Assembly: GCA_963703315.1 (NCBI GenBank)
Contig: OY969811.1
Location: 972,728 to 1,036,727 of the forward strand
DNA from: an uncultured cyanobacterium
GTDB taxonomy: Bacteria > Cyanobacteriota > Cyanobacteriia > Pseudanabaenales > Pseudanabaenaceae
DNA length: 64,000 nt
Reading direction: 5' to 3'
The notes below the pieces were generated by a model. That model made no database searches and was not told the DNA's origin. It worked only from the letters and a program-made list of their open reading frames with translations. Below are positions 31,235 through 40,498 of the stretch, piece by piece. Within the stretch, counting starts at the first letter, position 1, and each line of letters begins with the position of its first letter. A program made the translations under genes and the position numbers.

Positions 31235-33586
31235 CTACATTAATTCGCGTAATGCTGCCATAATCTGTCCTGCGGTAATACCTCCATCATTGGGTGGTAT
31301 CTGTTGATGGGTATAGGGTTGAAAGCCTAATTGACGTAATTTAGACATTGCTCTTTCCGTTAAATATCGATTTTGGAAACAGCCACCTGTGAGGACAATT
31401 TGAGCAATACCAGCTTGTTGGGCTACAGTCACCATCATTTCCACTAAAGAGTTATGAAATTTAGTAGCAATTATAGAAGTTGCGATTTGTTTTTGCCTAT
31501 CTTCTAAGATAGATTGAATTAGGTTTGACCAGTCAATTTCGCCGTCATTCTTAACTATTGGATATAGCATTTCACAGTCTAGTGAAGTATGGGATTGTTT
31601 CCCCGTCGAAGGCGGGAAAGCATGACATATTTGTTCTAAGACGATCGCCGCTTGACCTTCAAAGCTGGCAATTTGACAGATACCCAAGAGTGAAGCCACC
31701 GCATCAAATAGTCTACCGATACTTGAAGTTTGGGGGATATGTTTCTGATTGGTTAATAAAGTTTTCCAGATTACTAATTCGGAACTTGTGAAGGATTGCA
31801 AAGGTGGTAAATCTAAATCCCAGAGACGATCGCCAAATATTTCCCAGAGCATACCTAAAGCCACACGACGCGGTTCTTTAGCCGCTTTGTCTCCACCTAG
31901 TAAGGGAAATTTGCGTAAATGCGCTACTCGTTCAAAACTGCGATCAGTGATTTTCAAAAATTCTCCCCCCCAGATTGTGCCATCAGTGCCGTAGCCAGTA
32001 CCATCCCAAGCAATTCCTAACACAGGTGGTTGCAGTTGATGGTCAGCCATACCAGCGAGAACATGGGCGTAATGATGCTGCACAGGTATTAAGGGAACTT
32101 GTAAAGATTGCGATAATTGCTGGGCATATTGGCTAGAGAGATAATCGGGATGAGTATCACAGGCGATCGCTTCAGGTTGAAATTCGTAAGCTTCACTCAA
32201 ATGCTGAATAATCCGTTGAAAATGCTCGAAAGCTTTCGTTGTTTCTAGATCACCAATATGTTGACTCAGAATTATCGAATTATTGATAGAAATAGCGATC
32301 GCATTTTTGAGATGTCCTCCCAATGCCAAAATATTTTTCATTGGAGTTGATTCACAAAGTGAATCAACTCCAATCCTAATTGGTAAAGGCGCATACCCCC
32401 TTGCCCTCCGCAAAATCACGGGGTGATCGCCGATCACCCTCACCACTGAATCATCCACAGGTTGAGCGATATCGCGATTATGCACCAGAAACAAATCAGC
32501 GATATTTCCTAAACTAGCGATCGCCTCTTGATTATCAATACAAATCGGCTCATCGGAAAGATTGCCACTTGTCGCCACAATGGGCGCTTGTAATTCTGCC
32601 ATTAACAAGTGGTGAAGCGGTGTATAGGGCAGCATGACACCGATATAGGCATTATCATCAGAGATAAGGGGCTTAAGACTCTTGTTTAACTTCTGTAAAA
32701 GCACAATCGGCGCTTCAGGAGATTGTAATAACTTTGCTTCTAAAGCTGAAACTTGGCAATCTTGTTGAATGCTTTCTAAATTGGGATACATCAGCGCAAA
32801 AGGCTTGTGGGGGCGATGTTTGCGTTGGCGGAGTTGGGCGATCGCCTCTAGACTATTTGCATCTACTACCAACTGAAAACCGCCTAAACCTTTAATTGCG
32901 AAGATTTTTCCAGTTCTAATTCCTTCAACTGTAGCTAATAGAGCCTGATTGCCTGTAGCTAAGATTTTGCTTTGAGCATCCCAAAGTTCGAGACTAGGGC
33001 CACAGAGAGAACAAGCATTTGGTTGGGCATGAAAGCGCCGAGCTAGGGGATTGTCATATTCGGCTTGGCAATCAGCACACATTTGGAACTTCTGCATCGT
33101 CGTATTGTGGCGATCGTAGGGCAGAGCTTTGATGATGCTATAGCGCGTTCCACAGTTAGTACAGTTGGTAAATGGATAGCGATCGCGCCGATTATGAGGG
33201 TCAAAAATATCATGCAGACAATCTGCACAGGTTGCTAAATCAGGAAGAATTACCGCCGTTTTGAGATGGGATTTATTGGAAGATTCTAGATCGGATTCTA
33301 CAATCTCAAAGCTTTGATAATGAACAGGTTCGCGCCATTGCCTGACGATGCTATGAATTTGCGATCGCGCAGGTTTCTCCTTTGGCAACCGTTCTAGAAA
33401 TAAATCTAAGGTTTGCTGATTTCCCTCGACGGCGATCGCCACTCCTTGAGCATTATTATTCACCCAGCCCCTGAGATGTAATTCCGTTGCCAGACGATAG
33501 ACAAAGGGACGAAAACCCACTCCTTGTACTGCCCCAGAAATATCTAGATGTAGACATTTGATCTGCTGGCTTGGCTCAAGTTCCAT
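31235..33586 (-). CDS. hypF: Carbamoyltransferase HypF
   Basis: Acylphosphatase domain (GAVQGVGFRP), two CxxC-x18-CxxC Zn fingers, KGLGG, HHYAH and PPNDGG. Confidence 0.97.
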   Translation of the reverse strand: MELEPSQQIKCLHLDISGAVQGVGFRPFVYRLATELHLRGWVNNNAQGVAIAVEGNQQTLDLFLERLPKEKPARSQIHSIVRQWREPVHYQSFEIVESDLESSNKSHLKTAVILPDLATCADCLHDIFDPHNRRDRYPFTNCTNCGTRYSIIKALPYDRHNTTMQKFQMCADCQAEYDNPLARRFHAQPNACSLCGPSLELWDAQSKILATGNQALLATVEGIRTGKIFAIKGLGGFQLVVDANSLEAIAQLRQRKHRPHKPFALMYPNLESIQQDCQVSALEAKLLQSPEAPIVLLQKLNKSLKPLISDDNAYIGVMLPYTPLHHLLMAELQAPIVATSGNLSDEPICIDNQEAIASLGNIADLFLVHNRDIAQPVDDSVVRVIGDHPVILRRARGYAPLPIRIGVDSLCESTPMKNILALGGHLKNAIAISINNSIILSQHIGDLETTKAFEHFQRIIQHLSEAYEFQPEAIACDTHPDYLSSQYAQQLSQSLQVPLIPVQHHYAHVLAGMADHQLQPPVLGIAWDGTGYGTDGTIWGGEFLKITDRSFERVAHLRKFPLLGGDKAAKEPRRVALGMLWEIFGDRLWDLDLPPLQSFTSSELVIWKTLLTNQKHIPQTSSIGRLFDAVASLLGICQIASFEGQAAIVLEQICHAFPPSTGKQSHTSLDCEMLYPIVKNDGEIDWSNLIQSILEDRQKQIATSIIATKFHNSLVEMMVTVAQQAGIAQIVLTGGCFQNRYLTERAMSKLRQLGFQPYTHQQIPPNDGGITAGQIMAALRELM

Positions 33587-33590
33587 ACTC

Positions 33591-33689
33591 AGTAGTTGTC
33601 CAAAATAAATTATCCAAACCCGTAAAGTTGCGCCCCGCAGGGGCGCAACTTTACGGGTTTGGGTTTGTAATTAATTACGTCCATCTACT
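33591..33689. mobile_element. ~100-bp MITE-like element (AGTAG...CTACT ends) with a perfect 21-bp internal hairpin
   Basis: Hairpin 33616-33660 with GCA loop; ends resemble 40317-40421 and 42887-42988. Confidence 0.7.
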
Positions 33690-34427
33690 TTACTCGCTGA
33701 CCTTTTCTGCTAAGGCTTTGCGAGCAACCTGAGTGACATAGACGGTAACAGCAACAGTGGCGAACAACCCAATAATCCGAACTGCCCATTTAATATTGCT
33801 GTCAGTGGGTTGACCATCACTCCCAATTCTGGCGAGATCTCCTGCGAGGGAGCCAATGTAAACATACATTACCGTCCCCGGAAGCATACCGATAGAAGCT
33901 AAGGCATAGTCTTTAAGGGTGACTCCTGCTATACCAAAGGCATAGTTGAGTAAGTTAAAAGGAAATACAGGAGAGAGGCGAGTTAATAAAACGATTTTGA
34001 AGCCTTCATCGGCTACAGCCTTGTCGATCGCCGCAAACTTTTGATTGTCAGCAATTTTTTGGCTGATCCAGTCGCGTGCCAAATAGCGTCCGACCAGAAA
34101 AGCAGCGATCGCGCCTAAAGTTGCACCGATAAATACATAAATCGAACCAAGAACTACGCCAAATAGGACACCCGCCCCTAAAGTGATCACTGAACCTGGT
34201 AAAAAAGCAACAGTGGCGACGATGTAAATGACGATAAAAGCTAGACCACCTGCATAGCCCAAACTCTCAACCCATTGCAAAGCCACACGCAATAGATCTT
34301 GCGGGTTGAAGCTTAAGGTGGGCGTTTCGGCAAAGGCAGGAGACGCTATGAATATCCAAGCGATCGCCACTAATGTTAGGCAAATTAGGGATCTCCCTAA
34401 AATAACTGCGATTTTATTGATCAGCAT
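33690..34427 (-). CDS. TVP38/TMEM64 (VTT/SNARE-associated) membrane protein
   Basis: FLPGS, AFLVGRYL, RLSPVFPFN and GMLPGT motifs. Confidence 0.92.
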   Translation of the reverse strand: MLINKIAVILGRSLICLTLVAIAWIFIASPAFAETPTLSFNPQDLLRVALQWVESLGYAGGLAFIVIYIVATVAFLPGSVITLGAGVLFGVVLGSIYVFIGATLGAIAAFLVGRYLARDWISQKIADNQKFAAIDKAVADEGFKIVLLTRLSPVFPFNLLNYAFGIAGVTLKDYALASIGMLPGTVMYVYIGSLAGDLARIGSDGQPTDSNIKWAVRIIGLFATVAVTVYVTQVARKALAEKVSE

Positions 34428-34439
34428 AGTTCTTTGCCT

Positions 34440-34461
34440 TCTATTTGCTTTCTATTTGCTT
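34440..34461 (+). repeat. 11-bp tandem repeat x2 (TCTATTTGCTT) in the arsM-TVP38 spacer
   Basis: Seen directly in the sequence. Confidence 0.8.
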
Positions 34462-34467
34462 TCTAAA

Positions 34468-35436
34468 TTAGCAACAGCCGCCGCCGTTATAGTGCCAAGT
34501 GGAATCGGTAATTATCACTTCGTTAGGAAATTTCGTTGCCAGATTAAGGGCTGTTTTATCACAGACAGCGATCGGGTTACCTCGAATCAAACTATGACCT
34601 GCGCGATCGTCAAAAATTTCTTCCTGACCATTATAAATAGCAGTCTTGCCCGTAAAAATGCAAGCACCATCCTCAGGAATGGGAACTTTAAAAGATACGG
34701 AATCCAAGCTCTCTAATAACAAGGGAGTATCTAATTGGAATGTTTGGGTATCGAGTAAGCGATAGGGGCGACGAGCGCGAATTTCTACCTGTCCAAAACC
34801 TGCATCCACGAGATGTTGTGTATATTCTGTATAGGTCATGGCTCCAGAGAGACACATGGCTCTTAGACGTTCATCGGCTTGTAAATGACTAGGGATGGGA
34901 CGAGTAGCGATCGGATCGCTCATGATTAATCTACCCTTAGGTTTTAACACTCGATAGACTTCTTTTAAAGCCCGTTTTAAATCATCAGGTTCAAAAATAT
35001 TAAATAGACAATTTTGGGCAACCACATCAACCGAAGCATCGGCAACAGGCAGGTTAAAAGCATCACCATCAAGAATTTTTACAAAATCAGGATTAAACCA
35101 TTCATTTTCTTGGGCAGCTAATTCTAAATTGCGAGTGGCGGCTTCTCTCATCGCAGCGACTGGCTCGATCGCAATTACGCCAGCAGGACGACGACAGAAG
35201 TAAGCAAATTGCAATGCCTCTAACCCACCACCGACACCAATATAAAGCACGGTTGGTGAACCAGTTAATTCGGTTGGATGAATGGTTGTACCGCAGCCAT
35301 AGTTCATTTGCTGAATAATTGCAGGGATCTTGAGATTCGGAAACTGTAAAGGTGGCGTACTAATACAGCACAAACCAACTTGAGGCGTAGTGGCAGCAGC
35401 AGCATAAAATTCGGCTGTAGTTTCGAGATAGCTCAT
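34468..35436 (-). CDS. arsM: Arsenite S-adenosylmethionine methyltransferase (arsenosugar-type ArsM); probable start ATG 35436
   Basis: GLCC, NYGCG, SAM motif YIGVGGG, QNCLFN, MCLSGA, and C-terminal GGGCC. Confidence 0.85.
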   Translation of the reverse strand: MSYLETTAEFYAAAATTPQVGLCCISTPPLQFPNLKIPAIIQQMNYGCGTTIHPTELTGSPTVLYIGVGGGLEALQFAYFCRRPAGVIAIEPVAAMREAATRNLELAAQENEWFNPDFVKILDGDAFNLPVADASVDVVAQNCLFNIFEPDDLKRALKEVYRVLKPKGRLIMSDPIATRPIPSHLQADERLRAMCLSGAMTYTEYTQHLVDAGFGQVEIRARRPYRLLDTQTFQLDTPLLLESLDSVSFKVPIPEDGACIFTGKTAIYNGQEEIFDDRAGHSLIRGNPIAVCDKTALNLATKFPNEVIITDSTWHYNGGGCC

Positions 35437-35583
35437 GTTTCCTAATCGGTAGTTGTACAATGGAGACGCATTATATCTGTCTTTGTTTTGGTTATATCAC
35501 TATATAGTAGTATAGCTATGCCTAAGTACAATTAAGATATAATATACGCAAATGATTAAAGTTTTGCCTCTAATACTATTACT

Positions 35584-35940
35584 ATGTCTCTACCTCCTGC
35601 CGCCTTAACTCAAGTTGCTGATTACTTCAAAGTGCTATCAGAACTCAGCCGATTGCAGGTCTTGTGTTCTCTCAAGGCTGGTTCCAAAAATGTCACAGAA
35701 ATTATGGAAGAAACGGGATTGGGGCAAGCTAATGTATCTAAGCATTTGAAGATACTTTCACAAGCGGGAATCGTTTCGCGGACACCTCAAGGGGTAAGCG
35801 TGTATTACGAAATTGTGCAACCATTTATTTTTGATTTGTGTGAATTAGTAAGCGATCGCCTCTCCATTCGCTTGCAAGAACAATCGCAACAGTTAAAACA
35901 GTTAGAAGGCTTACGGCATTCTACAACCAGCAACAATTAG
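35584..35940 (+). CDS. ArsR/SmtB family transcriptional regulator
   Basis: FKVLSELSRLQVL...ANVSKHLKIL...GIV winged helix; divergent from arsM. Confidence 0.92.
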   Translation: MSLPPAALTQVADYFKVLSELSRLQVLCSLKAGSKNVTEIMEETGLGQANVSKHLKILSQAGIVSRTPQGVSVYYEIVQPFIFDLCELVSDRLSIRLQEQSQQLKQLEGLRHSTTSNN

Positions 35941-35964
35941 TAAAGCAAATAGTAAAGCAAATTT

Positions 35965-37170
35965 ATGAATCATGTACTAATTGGCATATCTGGAGGAATT
36001 GCTGCTTATAAGGTTTGTGAAGTTGTTTCCAGTTTGGCAAAGCGCGGTATTGAAGTGCGAGTCATCCTCACGCGATCAGCCTCAGAATTCGTGACTCCAC
36101 TCACTTTCGCCACCCTTTCCCGTCAACCTGCCTATACTGATGCTGATTTTTGGCAACCGAGCAATGGTAGACCTTTGCATATTGAACTTGCAGAATGGGC
36201 AGATGTGATCCTATTAGCGCCAATGACCGCTAATACCTTAGCGAAGGTAGCACATGGATTTGCCGATAACTTACTCACCAATACTTTACTGGCGGCTAAT
36301 TGTCCGATTCTCTTTGCACCAGCGATGAATACGACCATGTGGCTACAGCCCACTGTCCAAGAGAACTGGCGCAAAGTTTTGACTTTCTCTAACTATAAAG
36401 CGATCGCCCCGACTGATGGTATTCTTGCCTGCGATGCTGTCGGTACTGGACGGATGGCAGAACCAGAAATAATTTTGGAATATATTGAATCTTTTCTCTT
36501 TACTAAAGGCAAACAAGATTTAAAGGGAAAACAAGTTTTAGTTAGTGCAGGGGGAACTCGCGAATTTATCGATCCCGTGCGCTTTATTGGCAATCCCTCA
36601 ACGGGAAAACAGGGGGTAGCGATCGCTAAAGCGGCAATACATCGCGGTGCAAAGGTGGTACTGGTAAAGGCTGGAGATTTAGCAATTAATCCTGAAATGG
36701 AACTGCAAACCATTAATGTCAGATCTGCTCAGGAAATGCAGGAAGTAATGCAAATGGCTTTTCCGATAGCAGACATGACGATCGCTGCCGCCGCCGTTGG
36801 TGATGTGCGATCGCAATTACAAAGCGATCGCAAGTTACCAAAATCGGAACTTCCCTTAAATCTAGAACTGGAATATATTCCTGATATTATTGCCGATCTG
36901 GCAACTCGTAAGCGTGCAGATCAGATATTGGTAGGCTTTGCGGCTCAAACTGGAACCGAGTCAGAGATTGTCGCCGCCGCAAAGGATAAGTTAGTCCGCA
37001 AAGGTTTGGATGCGATCGCGGCTAATGCGGTGAATAGTTCTCAAACTGGATTTGGGACAGATACTAATCAAGCAACATTCATTAACAAACATGGAAATAT
37101 TGTATCAACGCCTCTCTGCTCTAAGTTAGAGATTGCTCATCGCCTATTCGATACCTTATTATACGAGTAG
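35965..37170 (+). CDS. coaBC: Bifunctional PPC decarboxylase / PPC synthetase
   Basis: GGIAAYK, APMTAN, PAMN, GTGRM and DPVRFIGNPSTGKQG motifs. Confidence 0.96.
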   Translation: MNHVLIGISGGIAAYKVCEVVSSLAKRGIEVRVILTRSASEFVTPLTFATLSRQPAYTDADFWQPSNGRPLHIELAEWADVILLAPMTANTLAKVAHGFADNLLTNTLLAANCPILFAPAMNTTMWLQPTVQENWRKVLTFSNYKAIAPTDGILACDAVGTGRMAEPEIILEYIESFLFTKGKQDLKGKQVLVSAGGTREFIDPVRFIGNPSTGKQGVAIAKAAIHRGAKVVLVKAGDLAINPEMELQTINVRSAQEMQEVMQMAFPIADMTIAAAAVGDVRSQLQSDRKLPKSELPLNLELEYIPDIIADLATRKRADQILVGFAAQTGTESEIVAAAKDKLVRKGLDAIAANAVNSSQTGFGTDTNQATFINKHGNIVSTPLCSKLEIAHRLFDTLLYE

Positions 37171-37264
37171 GCAAAGCTCTACTACTATCTGCCCTCACCC
37201 CCCAGCCCCCTCTCCCGCAAGGCTAGAAGTGAGGGTATTAGCCCAAATCAGGAATCAAAACTAT

Positions 37265-37489
37265 ATGCAAGAAGATGAAAGTAAACAACGCCTAAATCTG
37301 GAAATGGAGACCATGAGTATTAATAGACTCACTGACTTAGGCAACCTTGCTGTATCCGCAGGCTTAATTGCTGGGCATGGATTTCATGGCGGCAAGTATG
37401 AGATTTTAAGACAAGGAAAAGTGATCTTGTTACCAGTTAATGAAGCAGAAGTCTATCTAGAGCAACTCCTCCAAACTCTACAATCATGA
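37265..37489 (+). CDS. Small hypothetical protein overlapping (ATGA) the ATPase start; start uncertain (37265 or later)
   Basis: LTDLGNLAVSAGLIAGHGFHGGKYEIL core looks protein-like; 4-nt overlap with the next gene. Confidence 0.6.
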   Translation: MQEDESKQRLNLEMETMSINRLTDLGNLAVSAGLIAGHGFHGGKYEILRQGKVILLPVNEAEVYLEQLLQTLQS

Positions 37490-39522
37490 CTCTATCGCCT
37501 GAGCGGTCTATCAATAGCCCTGATTGGTTAACTATCAGTCAAACCGATCTATTTGCGGCGATCGCTAAAATTCGCCATGCCTTAGAACAGAAGTTAGATG
37601 ATCGCAAGGATGAAGTTTTAGTTGATCAAGGTATCTCTCTAGCTCAAAATCCATATCAAAATAAACAGCAAACAAATCAATTTGATAGCCATCTCAATCA
37701 ATTGTGTGCAAGCTTGAGTCTTTCTAATTTTGAAAGAGGGGTTTTACTGTTATGTGCAGGAATGGAGTTTGACCCGAGTTGGGGATTGCTTTGTGCGGAG
37801 GTGGCGAATGACTCCAAACAGAACTATCCCACTTTTAGTCTAGCGATGACAGTACTAGAGCATTCTGATTGGACAGCATTATCCCCCGCTTCTCCCCTGC
37901 GTCGATGGAATTTAGTGGAAATTGGTGCAGGGAATGCACTGACTTCTAGTCCCTTAAGGATTAACGAGAGAATCCTGCATTATCTCATGGGCGATCAACA
38001 TCTTGATGAACGTCTGCTCAATCTTTTGGAACCGATAGATGCGAAATCAGTACAGATTGCATCCCATCATGAAATCACAAATCAGGCGATCGCCACTTGG
38101 GTAAATAGTGCAGAGTCCCAAATCGAAAGCTTACCGATCCTGCAACTATGTGGTGAAGATATCTCTAGCAAAATGGCGATCGCATCGGCTATTTGTGTTG
38201 ATGTAGGCTTAACACTATATAAAGTCCCTGCCAATCTGCTTCCCCATGATTTAACTAATCTTCAGTTAATTGCTCAGCTATGCGATCGCGAATATATGCT
38301 CAATGATATTGCGCTATTACTGGACTGCGATCGTGATGAAGCCCCAAATCAACAGCAGGATATGGCGATCAGTCATCTGAGTGAGATTCTCAAATGTCCG
38401 ATGATAATTAGTAGTCAAACTCGCCGCCGTCAACACCAACGCACCATCATTACCTTTGATGTGCGATCGCCTTCTGTAAATGAACAACAGATATTATGGC
38501 AAGAAGCTTTAAAGGATCTGGATAGCGACATTCAAGCTTCGCTCAATGGCTCCATTAATGAACTTGTCTCTTATTTCAATCTCTCACCCACCCATATCTA
38601 TAACGCCTCCCTCAAAGCCAAAAGCTCACACCAAAAATCTGACTCGTCCTTGCCAAACCATAGCTTCCATCAATCCCTCTGGAATGCCTGTCGCGCTCAG
38701 TCCCGTCCTCGTCTTGATGAGCTTGCCCAAAGCGTCGAAACCACCGCAACTTGGGAAGATTTGATTTTGCCGTCTAAGGAAAAATTTGTCCTCCATGACA
38801 TTGCCGCCCATGTCCGTCAACGCTTAACTGTCTATGAGAAATGGGGATTTGCAGGTAGGAGTAGGCGTGGCTTAGGCATTAGCGCTCTGTTTGCAGGCAC
38901 AAGTGGCACTGGGAAGACAATGGCAGCAGAAGTATTAGGTAATGAGTTACAGCTTGATGTCTACCGCATTGATCTTAGTTCTGTAATTGATAAATATATT
39001 GGTGAAACCGAAAAGAATCTCAAACGTATTTTTGATGCGGCGGAAGGTGGTGGTGTGATTCTGCTATTTGATGAAGCTGATGCTCTATTTGGAAAGCGCA
39101 CTGAAGTTAAGGATAGTCACGATCGCCATGCTAATGTCGGTGTGAGTTACTTGTTACAAAGAATGGAAGCCTATCGAGGTTTAGCCGTATTAACGACAAA
39201 TCTCAAAAATTCTCTCGATCAAGCCTTCTTACGGCGCTTACGGTTTGTAATTCAGTTTCCCTTTCCTGATGCTGAGCAACGCGCCGAAATTTGGCGTAGG
39301 GCTTTTCCTAAGCAAACACCAACATTGGATCTAGACTATCTAAAACTTGGTAAGCTCAGTGTTGCTGGTGGAAATATTAAGAATATTGCCCTAAATTCTG
39401 CTTTTATTGCGGCGGATCACAATGAACCTGTGCAGATGAAGCATATTTTGCAAGCTGCCAAGATTGAATATACTAAGCTCGAAAAACCGATGATGGATAC
39501 AGAAATCAAAGGATGGGTTTAG
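37486..39522 (+). CDS. AAA+ ATPase of the Afp15/Pvc15-like (contractile injection system-associated) type
   Basis: N-terminal LSNFERGVLLLCAG...PTFSLA...SPLRINERILHYL; Walker A GTSGTGKT, Walker B LLFDEADALFGKR, and FLRRLRF SRH. Confidence 0.8.
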   Translation: MTLSPERSINSPDWLTISQTDLFAAIAKIRHALEQKLDDRKDEVLVDQGISLAQNPYQNKQQTNQFDSHLNQLCASLSLSNFERGVLLLCAGMEFDPSWGLLCAEVANDSKQNYPTFSLAMTVLEHSDWTALSPASPLRRWNLVEIGAGNALTSSPLRINERILHYLMGDQHLDERLLNLLEPIDAKSVQIASHHEITNQAIATWVNSAESQIESLPILQLCGEDISSKMAIASAICVDVGLTLYKVPANLLPHDLTNLQLIAQLCDREYMLNDIALLLDCDRDEAPNQQQDMAISHLSEILKCPMIISSQTRRRQHQRTIITFDVRSPSVNEQQILWQEALKDLDSDIQASLNGSINELVSYFNLSPTHIYNASLKAKSSHQKSDSSLPNHSFHQSLWNACRAQSRPRLDELAQSVETTATWEDLILPSKEKFVLHDIAAHVRQRLTVYEKWGFAGRSRRGLGISALFAGTSGTGKTMAAEVLGNELQLDVYRIDLSSVIDKYIGETEKNLKRIFDAAEGGGVILLFDEADALFGKRTEVKDSHDRHANVGVSYLLQRMEAYRGLAVLTTNLKNSLDQAFLRRLRFVIQFPFPDAEQRAEIWRRAFPKQTPTLDLDYLKLGKLSVAGGNIKNIALNSAFIAADHNEPVQMKHILQAAKIEYTKLEKPMMDTEIKGWV

Positions 39523-39550
39523 AACTTCTCGCGCTACGTGCGATAAGTTT

Positions 39551-39934
39551 TCACTTATCCTGTTCTAAATACTTTTTACCCCAAAGATGCATGGCATCAA
39601 GGACAGGTTGTAAGGTTCTGCCCAAAGCTGTGAGGGAATATTCCACTTTGGGCGGTACTTGCATATAAACTTCACGATGAACTAAACCATCCCGTTCCAT
39701 TTCCCGCAATTGTTGAGTCAGCATTTTTTGGGTGATGCCGTGCAAATTACGATGCAATTCACCAAAGCGCTTTGTACCACTAAATAATTCATGCAAAATC
39801 AAAACTTTCCAGCGACCACCGATCGCCTCTAGGGTTGCTTCGACAGGACAACTAGGGCGATCGCTCTGGTACGCAGCGCTACAGTCTACTTCAGTCAGAG
39901 GTTCGAGAATAAAAGTATCCAGATATTTTTCCAT
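39551..39934 (-). CDS. HxlR-family winged-helix regulator
   Basis: CPVEATL..IGGRWK...RFGEL...ITQKMLTQQLREME...PPKVEYSLT. Confidence 0.94.
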   Translation of the reverse strand: MEKYLDTFILEPLTEVDCSAAYQSDRPSCPVEATLEAIGGRWKVLILHELFSGTKRFGELHRNLHGITQKMLTQQLREMERDGLVHREVYMQVPPKVEYSLTALGRTLQPVLDAMHLWGKKYLEQDK

Positions 39935-39945
39935 AGTATCTTTTT

Positions 39946-39976
39946 GGTATGTACCTTACAAAAAAGTGCATACTTT
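39946..39976. promoter_or_regulatory. Candidate HxlR operator between hxlR and the CDGSH gene
   Basis: Paired imperfect palindromes GGTATGTACC and AAAGT-GCAT-ACTTT in the divergent promoter. Confidence 0.45.
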
Positions 39977-40050
39977 ACTTAAAGAGTGTAAGTCAATTAT
40001 AGTGATTTGCATACCTGATTTGTTAACAACCAACGCATTTGGACAAAATA

Positions 40051-40299
40051 ATGAGTGAATCCCCAAGTAATCCGAAGATCGTTGACAAAAAGCCTGTTGT
40101 TTTGGAACTTGAGCCAAAAACTTACTACTGGTGTACCTGTGGTGAATCAACCAATCAACCCTATTGTAACGGCGCACATAAAGGCACAGGATTTACTCCT
40201 CTTGCTTTTGAAGTAACAGAAACGAAGAAGGTTGCTCTTTGCCTATGCAAGCATACAGAGAGAGCACCATTCTGTGACGGTACACACACTAAGCTGTAA
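40051..40299 (+). CDS. CDGSH iron-sulfur domain protein (two motifs)
   Basis: WCTCGES.NQPYCNGAH and LCLCKHT..APFCDGTH. Confidence 0.92.
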   Translation: MSESPSNPKIVDKKPVVLELEPKTYYWCTCGESTNQPYCNGAHKGTGFTPLAFEVTETKKVALCLCKHTERAPFCDGTHTKL

Positions 40300-40316
40300 A
40301 AGACATTGTTTCAGTT

Positions 40317-40421
40317 AAGTACCTCGGCTTAATAAAACCAAGAACCCAAATAAGCGGAATCGCCCGCTTCGCGGGCGATTCCGCTTATTTGGGTTTTATA
40401 TTTAATTATGCCTACCTACTT
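40317..40421. mobile_element. MITE-like element (AAGTA...TACTT ends) with a perfect 25-bp hairpin, GC-TTC-GC loop
   Basis: Hairpin 40343-40395; right flank GGGTTTTATATTTAATTATGCCTACCTACTT. Confidence 0.72.
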
Positions 40422-40498
40422 AGCTGTGGTGAGGGCGAAGACCTTGCCACAACTAGATCCTAAAAATTTCTATAAAGTTAATTCTCAGGAGAATCATT

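Noticed and set aside
35938-35961. 12-bp tandem duplication before coaBC (also 28644 and 34440) as phase-variation loci
   Set aside because: Only 2-3 units; short intergenic tandem repeats are common in filamentous cyanobacteria, and nothing indicates switching.
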